This document shows, piece by piece, positions 57,047 to 64,000 of a DNA stretch of 64,000 nucleotides; position 1 is the stretch's first letter, and every line of letters begins with the position of its first letter. Location of the stretch: positions 4,588,001-4,652,000 of the forward strand of contig UYFQ01000001.1 of NCBI GenBank assembly GCA_900617105.1. Direction: 5' to 3'. The DNA comes from Hydrurus foetidus (Eukaryota). A program made the translations under genes and the position numbers. The notes beneath the pieces are model-generated. The model was not told the DNA's origin, did not search any database, and saw nothing but the letters and a program-made list of their open reading frames with translations.

Positions 57047-58429
57047 ATGGTCGTAGCGATTGAGCTCTTTTTTGCTCTGGCCAGCTTGTTGCTGGGCGCT
57101 GCCGCGTTAAAGGGCTCTATTGGCGCTTGGCGCCTACAGAGTCACCCGGTCGACTACGCCATGCGGATTTTGGCGTGCTTGTGGATGCTCTATGTGCTGG
57201 TCTCGGTGGTGCAGCTGTTTTTGGCAGGCAACTCACGGATTGATTTATCGCTGTTGGAAGTGGCTGCCGATATTGTCTATGCAGTTTTATTGGGCGCGGT
57301 GGCATTTTTCCTGGTAACCACATCTGGCAGCGTGCGACCCTGGGTGTTGTTTATCGCTGCGCTGCAGGTGCTCGGTGAAATCGGGGCCGCCATTTGGCTT
57401 AACTTTGGTGAAGCGTCGACGCCGATTGCGTTTTGGATGTGGACGGCGTTGAATTTAACTGGCGCAACCGCGGTGACGGGCTCGATCATTCGGCAGGTTC
57501 GCCACACCCACAGTCGACGCAGCTGGCTGGCGCTGGCTGCTTGCGCCATGGGACTCGGTTTGTGGCTGTACGAAGCTGCCGTGCCAGACAATTCGCACAG
57601 TGGGCTGCCCGTTGCATCGCACCTGTACGCCTTGTTTTTATTCGTGATCTGGAAGCTGGTGTCACTCAGTCCTGATGCAGACCGCGCGCTGGCAAGCGCC
57701 GGGACACTACCGGTGGGGACGTCTGCCTTTCAAAGTTTGAACAGCGTCAGCACAGACGATGACTTCATTGCGCTGGCACTGCGCGCCGAGCGCCAGCGAA
57801 TAGCCTATGAGTTGCACGACAACATCGGCTCGCAGTTAGTCAGCGTTTTGTTTTCGATGCAGGCTGCTGAACAACCGCAAAAGCGGTTGGTCATGCTGTC
57901 GCTGGAGCAATGCCTGGCTGATCTAAAAATGACAGTAGATGCTTTAGACAGCTTCACTGAAAACGTCACGCAAGCGCTCGGTCGGTTGCGCTACCGGGTT
58001 CAACCCGCGCTTGACAGGCAACGCACCCAAATGCGCTGGGATGTTGAAATTTCTGCTGAACTGGAGGCCGTTCATGGCGTGTATGCGCAGCAGGTATTGC
58101 GTATTGCGCAGGAGAGTATTTCTAATGTTATGCGCCATGCCAAAGCAAGTTCTGTAAGGGTCACTTGCCGCTTTGAGCGGGAGTTCAGTCACCTGCTGCT
58201 AGAGGTGAGCGACAACGGCGCAGGTATGGCGCCGGGGAAAAACAAGCGCTCGGCCGGGCGCGGAATAGAGGGCATGAAAAGACGGGCTGCGGCTGTGGGC
58301 GGCTTTCTGCGTATTTCAAACCCAAGCGGCGGCGGGACTTGTGTGCGCTTAACGCTGCCGCTGGCGCATGTCAAAGTGTGGCCAGAAAGCGCTTTGCCAA
58401 CGGAAGTAAAAGAAACCGCCGCCGCCTGA
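57047..58429 (+). CDS. membrane-bound sensor histidine kinase (HisKA_3 type)
   Basis: About 6-7 hydrophobic segments, ERQRIAYELHDNIG H-box, QESISNVMRHA, DNGAG, GRGIEGM. Confidence 0.92.
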   Translation: MVVAIELFFALASLLLGAAALKGSIGAWRLQSHPVDYAMRILACLWMLYVLVSVVQLFLAGNSRIDLSLLEVAADIVYAVLLGAVAFFLVTTSGSVRPWVLFIAALQVLGEIGAAIWLNFGEASTPIAFWMWTALNLTGATAVTGSIIRQVRHTHSRRSWLALAACAMGLGLWLYEAAVPDNSHSGLPVASHLYALFLFVIWKLVSLSPDADRALASAGTLPVGTSAFQSLNSVSTDDDFIALALRAERQRIAYELHDNIGSQLVSVLFSMQAAEQPQKRLVMLSLEQCLADLKMTVDALDSFTENVTQALGRLRYRVQPALDRQRTQMRWDVEISAELEAVHGVYAQQVLRIAQESISNVMRHAKASSVRVTCRFEREFSHLLLEVSDNGAGMAPGKNKRSAGRGIEGMKRRAAAVGGFLRISNPSGGGTCVRLTLPLAHVKVWPESALPTEVKETAAA

Positions 58430-58535
58430 TGCTTTGGCTTCGATTTGCTTTTGTGGGGGCCAACTGTCTAGGGCCTTAAACAGCTTTAAGCGGCCTTGAA
58501 TGGCTTTAAAGCACACTGAACGCTGCAAAACAAGT

Positions 58536-59036
58536 TCAACGTTCCCGAGCTACGGCAGACCCCGCCCGGCGAATGCGCGCTTTCAGTACCCGCACCATGC
58601 GCCACACAGCCGACTGGCGCATCTGCGCTAGCAAATTGTCTTTCCAGCGCTTAAACGGCAGGTAAATACGGGCAAACCAGCCAAGCCGCATCAGCGCAGG
58701 CTCAGTCAATTGAAACAGCCGGGCAGCTATCGCCGTGCCTGTTATTTTTGCCGCAATCACCAGCGCCAGCCCGCTTGCCATGTGGCCTTGGCTGAACAAA
58801 TACAAAGCCAGCAGCTTGATGGGTACTAAGCTGACAACGGGTACGCCAAACGCCAGCAGCGCGGCCCAAGGCGGCAGGCGTTTAATGGCCGCTTCAAGCC
58901 TGGCCCATAACGGCAGTTTGGCCAGCTTGGCAAAAGCTCTGGCCAGTGGTTCCCAGCCCCATTCTTCAAACAGCAGCACCAGCCCGATAGGGGCCAGCAA
59001 AACGGTACGCAATATTTTTTTAAGCAGTGTCAGCAT
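58536..59036 (-). CDS. hypothetical membrane protein
   Basis: 166-aa ORF with TM segments and LFEEWGW. AGG RBS-like sequence upstream. Confidence 0.75.
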   Translation of the reverse strand: MLTLLKKILRTVLLAPIGLVLLFEEWGWEPLARAFAKLAKLPLWARLEAAIKRLPPWAALLAFGVPVVSLVPIKLLALYLFSQGHMASGLALVIAAKITGTAIAARLFQLTEPALMRLGWFARIYLPFKRWKDNLLAQMRQSAVWRMVRVLKARIRRAGSAVARER

Positions 59037-59079
59037 GCCTTAGGAGCATACCTGCGCGCGTTGGGCTGGCAAACAGTTT

Positions 59080-59829
59080 TTAGCCTGCGCACTGCAAACT
59101 GACTGCTTGCATGGTTTTGCCGGTTTTGTCGTCCAGCACTACCAGATTGATCTGCCTGGGGTGGCCGGGCGTGGCGGCAATGCTGCGAAAGTTCAGCTTT
59201 TGCGGGGCTGTGCCGCCCCCCGGGTACTGCCCGGCTTGCACCAGTTGGCGCACAACGAAGTCGTGCTTTAAAAATTCGCCTTTGTTCTCACCAGACAGCA
59301 CTTTAGAGTTGTGGTCGTGCTCTGTTACTGTCCAGTAGGCCGACCAGTTGCCTGCACCCGGTGCAGGCACAACGCTGGCTTCAAACTGGTCAGTGCTTGA
59401 TTGCTTTAAAACGATGTTGGCAAGGGCAGGGTCTTTGCTGCTTGGAGTGCCGCCCCAGCGTGGCCAGTCTTTACCGTCTAGTACGGCTTGCGGGGTGTAA
59501 ATACCGCGCAAATTATTTTTGGCTGCGAGGTCTCGCTGGCGCTGGGTGTAGGCTGGCGCGGCAAACCGGTCCACCCAGCCGATGTAGTCCCAGTAGCCCA
59601 CGTGAAACGCCTGCACCACTGCCCCACCACTGGCTGATGTGCCCTTGAGCGTAGACGCCCATTTATCTGCTGGCGGGCAAGAACTGCAGCCTTCCGACGT
59701 GTAAAGCTCAATGACAGGCGTGATGGTGGCGCTGGAGGTCACCGAGCACTGATTTGACTGTGCAAAAGCACCTGTAGCCCAATAAATCAAGGCGCAAGCA
59801 GCTATAAATTTAGTAGTATTTTTCAGCAT
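59080..59829 (-). CDS. DUF1223-type thioredoxin-like exported protein
   Basis: IELYTSEGCSSCPPAD, FHVGYWDYIGWVDRFA, YTPQ, GENKG..L.HDFVVR. Confidence 0.85.
   Translation of the reverse strand: MLKNTTKFIAACALIYWATGAFAQSNQCSVTSSATITPVIELYTSEGCSSCPPADKWASTLKGTSASGGAVVQAFHVGYWDYIGWVDRFAAPAYTQRQRDLAAKNNLRGIYTPQAVLDGKDWPRWGGTPSSKDPALANIVLKQSSTDQFEASVVPAPGAGNWSAYWTVTEHDHNSKVLSGENKGEFLKHDFVVRQLVQAGQYPGGGTAPQKLNFRSIAATPGHPRQINLVVLDDKTGKTMQAVSLQCAG
59768..59818 (+). repeat. dispersed ~50-bp repeat, copy 9 (encodes the DUF1223 signal peptide)
   Basis: cctgtagcccaataaatcaaGGCGCAAGCAGCTAtaaatttagTAGT. Confidence 0.87.
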
Positions 59830-59966
59830 GGTGATGCCTTTAGTGGTGGGTGGGTTGTGACTGCACTGATAAGTCGCGCAACGGTGCTGTTTCTTACATT
59901 TTTGCTATGGGACAATTTGCACCCTCGCAGCGCTTTCCCCGCACCGCGTCCCCCTATTGCCCCGAC

Positions 59967-62399
59967 ATGCAAAAAATAATTCACCAAATCGCCTTAGAAA
60001 TCAAAGTACAAGACCACCAAGTTAAAACCGCGGTTGAACTGCTGGACGGCGGCGCTACTGTGCCATTTATAGCGAGGTACCGCAAAGAAGCCACCGGCGG
60101 GCTGGACGACATTCAGCTGCGGGAGCTGGACTTCCGCTTGGGCTACCTGCGCGAGCTGGAAGAACGCCGTGAAGCCGTTTTAGGCAGCATTGAAAGCCAA
60201 GGCAAGCTTACGCCTGCGCTGACCGAGGCAATAGCGCTGGCCGCCACCAAACAAGACCTGGAAGATTTGTACTTACCCTTCAAGCAAAAACGCCGCACCA
60301 AAGGCCAGATTGCACGGGAAGCAGGCATTGAGCCGCTGGCCGATGCACTGTTTGCCAATCCTTTGCTCGTGCCTTTAGACGAAGCTGCGGCTTACGTGAA
60401 GCTTGAAAAAAACGAGCAGGGCGATGACTTCACCACTGTGCAAGCCGTGCTGGACGGCGTGCGCGATATTTTGAGCGAGCGCTGGGCCGAAGACGCGAAC
60501 CTAGTGCAAATGCTGCGCGGCTGGTTGTGGTCTGAAGGGCTGTTCACGTCAAAACTGGTGCCGGGCAAAGACGAAAACGCACCTGATAACGCCAAGTTTC
60601 GCGATTATTTTGCTTATGACGAGCCAATTGGCCGTGTGCCGTCGCACCGGGCGCTGGCTGTTTTCAGGGGCCGTGGGTTAGAGATATTGGATGCCAAGTT
60701 GCTGCTGCCTGAGCCGCCTTTGTCTCTAGATGCGCCCATCCCGAAAGGCCCGGTAGTTTCGTTAGCTGAGGGAAAAATCGCCTTGCACTTGGGCTGGTCA
60801 CACAAAGCTCGCCCCGCCGATGATTTGATTCGCAAATGCGTAGCGTGGGCCTGGCGCGTCAAGCTCAGTTTGTCGCTCGAGCGTGACTTGTTCACCCGGC
60901 TGCGGGAAGACGCTGAAAAAGTTGCCATCAAGGTGTTTGCTGACAATCTGCGCGACCTGCTGTTGGCCGCACCCGCTGGGCCGCGCGTGGTGATGGGGCT
61001 GGACCCCGGCATACGCACAGGCGTGAAGGTGGCGGTGGTCGACAGCACCGGCAAGCTGGTTGAAACCGCCACCGTGTTCCCACACGAGCCGCGCAAAGAC
61101 TGGGATGGGTCGCTGTACACGCTTGCCAAACTTGCCGAAAAGCATGGCGTGAACCTGATCGCCATCGGCAACGGCACAGCCAGCCGTGAGACAGATAAAT
61201 TGGCTGCAGATTTGATCAAAATGCTTCAAAAAGGCTCAAAAAATGCATCAAATGAGGCTGTGGCCCAATTAAAACAGGCGCGAGCAGCTACTGATTTCAT
61301 AGTAGAGAAAGTAGTCGTCAGTGAGGCAGGCGCATCAGTCTACTCAGCCAGCGAGTTCGCTAGTTCAGAAATGCCCGACGTGGACGTGAGCCTGCGCGGC
61401 GCAGCCAGCATCGCTAGACGCCTGCAAGACCCACTGGCCGAGCTGGTCAAAATTGACCCGAAATCCATCGGCGTAGGCCAATACCAGCACGACGTGAACC
61501 AAAGCGATTTGGCGCGCAGTTTGGACACCGTGGTCGAAGACTGCGTGAACAGCGTCGGCGTCGACCTGAACACCGCCAGCGTGCCGCTGCTGGCGCGTGT
61601 GTCTGGCTTGAGCCAAACCGTGGCCAAGTCTGTCGTGCGCTGGCGAGATGAAAACGGCGCATTTGCGTCCCGCGCTGACTTGCTCAAGGTGACTGGCCTG
61701 GGCGCTAAAACCTTTGAGCAAAGCGCTGGCTTTTTGCGTTTGCGCTCTAGCACCAATCCGCTCGACATGACCGGCGTTCACCCTGAAACCTACGCCGTTG
61801 TTGAGCAAATCATGCTGCACACCGGCAAGCCGGTGGCCGAGCTGATGGGTCGCGCCGACACGCTCAAAACCCTCAAACCCGAGCTGTTTGCAAACGACAA
61901 GTTTGGCGTGATAACCGTTAAAGACATCTTGCTGGAACTAGAAAAGCCAGGCCGCGACCCGCGCCCCAGTTTTAAAGTCGCCCGCTTTAACGATGGCGTA
62001 GAAGACATCAAAGACCTGCGTGAAGGCATGGAACTAGAAGGCACGGTCAGCAACGTAGCAGCCTTCGGCGCATTCATCGACATTGGCGTACATCAAGACG
62101 GCTTGGTACACGTGAGCCAGCTGAGTCACAAGTTCACGACTGATGCGCGTGAGGTGGTCAAAACTGGCGACATCGTGAAGGTGAGAGTGACCGAGATTGA
62201 CGTTGCGCGAAAGCGGATTGGGCTCACCATGAAGCTTGGGGAGGCGCCTTCGAGGCGAGATGCGCCACGGGACAATCGATTCGAGGCATCGAGGCCCGGG
62301 CATGGTCAAAACCCAAGCCGCAGCAGGCAAGAAGCACCTCAGGCCGGGTCGTCGGCCATGGCCTCGGCGTTTGGAAAGCTGGCGGGGTTAAAGAAGTAA
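59967..62399 (+). CDS. tex: Tex family RNA-binding transcriptional accessory protein
   Basis: GATVPFIARYRKE, DPGIRTG, IGNGTASRET, SEAGASVYSAS, C-terminal S1 domain. Start MQKII at 59967. Confidence 0.95.
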   Translation: MQKIIHQIALEIKVQDHQVKTAVELLDGGATVPFIARYRKEATGGLDDIQLRELDFRLGYLRELEERREAVLGSIESQGKLTPALTEAIALAATKQDLEDLYLPFKQKRRTKGQIAREAGIEPLADALFANPLLVPLDEAAAYVKLEKNEQGDDFTTVQAVLDGVRDILSERWAEDANLVQMLRGWLWSEGLFTSKLVPGKDENAPDNAKFRDYFAYDEPIGRVPSHRALAVFRGRGLEILDAKLLLPEPPLSLDAPIPKGPVVSLAEGKIALHLGWSHKARPADDLIRKCVAWAWRVKLSLSLERDLFTRLREDAEKVAIKVFADNLRDLLLAAPAGPRVVMGLDPGIRTGVKVAVVDSTGKLVETATVFPHEPRKDWDGSLYTLAKLAEKHGVNLIAIGNGTASRETDKLAADLIKMLQKGSKNASNEAVAQLKQARAATDFIVEKVVVSEAGASVYSASEFASSEMPDVDVSLRGAASIARRLQDPLAELVKIDPKSIGVGQYQHDVNQSDLARSLDTVVEDCVNSVGVDLNTASVPLLARVSGLSQTVAKSVVRWRDENGAFASRADLLKVTGLGAKTFEQSAGFLRLRSSTNPLDMTGVHPETYAVVEQIMLHTGKPVAELMGRADTLKTLKPELFANDKFGVITVKDILLELEKPGRDPRPSFKVARFNDGVEDIKDLREGMELEGTVSNVAAFGAFIDIGVHQDGLVHVSQLSHKFTTDAREVVKTGDIVKVRVTEIDVARKRIGLTMKLGEAPSRRDAPRDNRFEASRPGHGQNPSRSRQEAPQAGSSAMASAFGKLAGLKK
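61255..61304 (+). repeat. dispersed ~50-bp repeat, copy 10 (inside tex)
   Basis: ggctgtggcccaattaaaacaGGCGCGAGCAGCTActgatttcaTAGT. Confidence 0.85.
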
Positions 62400-62451
62400 A
62401 GCTTGGCGCATCCACTAAATCCAAAATGCCATTCATAGCCTGTAAGGCCAC

Positions 62452-62865
62452 ATGACCATTTACCCAGCAACGGAAGAAGAAGTCCGCGTTAGCGGCATTG
62501 GCCGTCGGCTTCGTCAATACAACTATGCCTTCGTCGGTGAGTATCCAGAAGAACTACCGATTCGATTGAACGCCAGCGATGGGCAAGGAAACGTTGTCGG
62601 GGGCCTTCGGGCGATTGTGTTTTTGTACGGGCTTCGGATAGAAGTCCTGTTTGTAGACGAAAGTCAGCGCGGGACTGGTGTCGGAACTGCGCTGCTTTTG
62701 GAAGCTGAGCGGATTGCTCGTGAGGTGGGAGCAAAGAACGCAGCGCTTGAGACGTTCGAGTTTCAGGGCCCTGGCTTTTATGCCAGGCACGGGTATGTTG
62801 AGACTGGCCGGATTGCTAACTATGCAGGTGAGTTTTATCTTGTCACCATGGCAAAAAACTTGTAA
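62452..62865 (+). CDS. GNAT family N-acetyltransferase
   Basis: LFVDESQRGTGVGTALL, LETFEFQGPGFYARHGY. Confidence 0.88.
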   Translation: MTIYPATEEEVRVSGIGRRLRQYNYAFVGEYPEELPIRLNASDGQGNVVGGLRAIVFLYGLRIEVLFVDESQRGTGVGTALLLEAERIAREVGAKNAALETFEFQGPGFYARHGYVETGRIANYAGEFYLVTMAKNL

Positions 62866-63239
62866 GTCATTTGGCTTGGGTTGCGCTTCGCTGGTCAGAC
62901 CCACGATGCTAAAAAAATTGTCTTCGAAAATTTGGTGCGAAATCTTTTTTAAAAATTAGCGGCTTGTTTAAGCAATGTTTTGTACGTGTCCAGAGTGACA
63001 ACCGCAGTCAATTTCCTTTTTCCAAACGATCTGGAGCTAATCCAATGCCTGCTTTGACTGGCTCGCAGTTGTATGCATTGTTGAATGTAGAAGATACGAG
63101 GAAATCATTGCTGTCATCGAGGCTTTCAGCCGGTATTCATGCACCCGCCGGTGCTTGCAACGGAGCGCGTACATGCATTGCGGGTCAAGCCCGCGATGAC
63201 GTGCAATGAGTTGACTAGCTTCGTTTGTATATAAAATAT

Positions 63240-63288
63240 GCGCTTAGCCCAATGAACATGGGCGCGAGCAGCTCCCGAATAAATAGCG
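63240..63288 (+). repeat. dispersed ~50-bp repeat, copy 11 (intergenic)
   Basis: gcttagcccaatgaacatGGGCGCGAGCAGCTcccgaataaaTAGC. Confidence 0.87.
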
Positions 63289-63320
63289 AGTGAAGTACGT
63301 TAATTAACTTAAGATTCCCA

Positions 63321-63710
63321 GTGCAAATCCTCAGCTTCAGCCACTACAACCTCCGCGCCCCGCGAAAAGTGCTGGATGAGCTGCGCCTGTTTTACACCGA
63401 GGTAGTAGGACTTGAGCAAGGCATGCGCCCACCGTTTCCACGATTTGGTTATTGGCTGTACGCGGGTGCTCAAGACGTGCTGCACCTTACCGAGGCATCA
63501 GCTGACGAGCATCGCTTGCTTCAAACCAAAACAAGCTTTGACCATGCTTCATTCAACTGCACGGGCCGAGAAGCGTTTGAGCGCAAGCTGACGCAGCTCG
63601 GAATCGCGCACGAAGTTTTCCACGTGCCTCAAACCGGACAAGTTCAGCTTTTCTTCAAAGACCCGGCAGGCAATGGTGTTGAACTTAACTTCACGGACAG
63701 CGACGCTTAG
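63321..63710 (+). CDS. VOC/glyoxalase family protein
   Basis: SHYNL...FYTEVVGL, DHASF, QLFFKDPAGNGVELNF. Confidence 0.88.
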   Translation: MQILSFSHYNLRAPRKVLDELRLFYTEVVGLEQGMRPPFPRFGYWLYAGAQDVLHLTEASADEHRLLQTKTSFDHASFNCTGREAFERKLTQLGIAHEVFHVPQTGQVQLFFKDPAGNGVELNFTDSDA

Positions 63711-63791
63711 GGCGGCGGCTCGTTATCCATTAAGAAATTTAAATCATCATGCATTCCTGGCTGATAGTTGCTCGTCATTCCTGTTAAATCA

Positions 63792-64000
63792 ATGCACGCT
63801 CTCAAAATCTACGCAGGCCCCCAGGCCATGCAGCACATTGCCCAAAACGGTTTGCAGCCGCAAGACGTTGGCGTCGTCCCGGGTGCAGCGGGTGGGCCAA
63901 AGGGTTTGATACTCGGGCCGCTAGACCGGTTTATTTTTGGCGATTGGCTGGCACACTCGAGCCATGACGTACATCTGGTTGGCGCGTCTATTGGTGCGTG
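63792..64000 (+). CDS. patatin-like phospholipase family protein (5' part only)
   Basis: Manual translation from ATG 63792: MHALKIYAGPQA...GAAGGPKGL...LVGASIGA (GxSxG). Runs off the window. Confidence 0.8.
   Translation, partial: MHALKIYAGPQAMQHIAQNGLQPQDVGVVPGAAGGPKGLILGPLDRFIFGDWLAHSSHDVHLVGASIGA

Noticed and set aside
58470..58512. Imperfect 10-bp tandem (GCCTTAAA/GCTTTAAG/GCCTTGAA/GCTTTAAA) between convergent genes
   Set aside because: Too short and degenerate to assign, and it is not a clear terminator.
62964..63209. 81-aa ORF between the GNAT and VOC genes
   Set aside because: TTG start, no recognisable motif or RBS; probably spurious.
5430..63288. The dispersed repeat interpreted as a CRISPR array or integron attC sites
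   Set aside because: Copies are kilobases apart, in both orientations and often inside genes. There is no regular spacer pattern, cas gene, integrase or cassette organisation.
155..63909. Numerous antisense or overlapping ORFs in the six-frame track (for example 36586-37701, 814-1464)
   Set aside because: They are shadows of GC-rich real genes on the opposite strand or frame, with no independent motifs.

Overview
A 64-kb chromosomal window from a betaproteobacterium. Gene content and protein style suggest Comamonadaceae (Polaromonas-like), which is an inference. Most of it is housekeeping: upp, a HerA/DUF853 ATPase, yebC, purD, hemF, nadD, rsfS, rlmH, maf, rng; an LPS/msbA glycosyltransferase block; a phosphate block (olsB-like GNAT, ppk1, sixA, ppx, pstSCAB, phoU, phoBR) with clear 11-bp-periodic Pho boxes; a MATE transporter, an ArnT-like protein, rpmE2, rho, trxA, addB/addA-like genes, yajC-secD-secF, DUF1631, smg, serA and tex. 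Two features stand out. (1) A ~7-kb block (51.2-58.4 kb) looks like a curli/Fap/holdfast-analogous export system. It encodes a secreted 240-aa protein of five Q/N/S/T-rich ~40-aa repeats ending in CxxC, an internal terminator, a small secreted Cys-pair protein, a CsgG/HfaB-like lipoprotein fused to peptidoglycan-binding and DUF4384-like domains, a Sel1-repeat protein, and a divergent NarL/LuxR-type two-component system. (2) A ~50-bp dispersed repeat (core GGCGCGAGCAGCT plus a GCTA-loop-TAGC hairpin) occurs at least 11 times. Seven copies lie in frame inside intact genes and are read in four different frames. No rRNA, tRNA, CRISPR array or transposase was recognised. All family assignments come from motif recognition by eye, without database searches.
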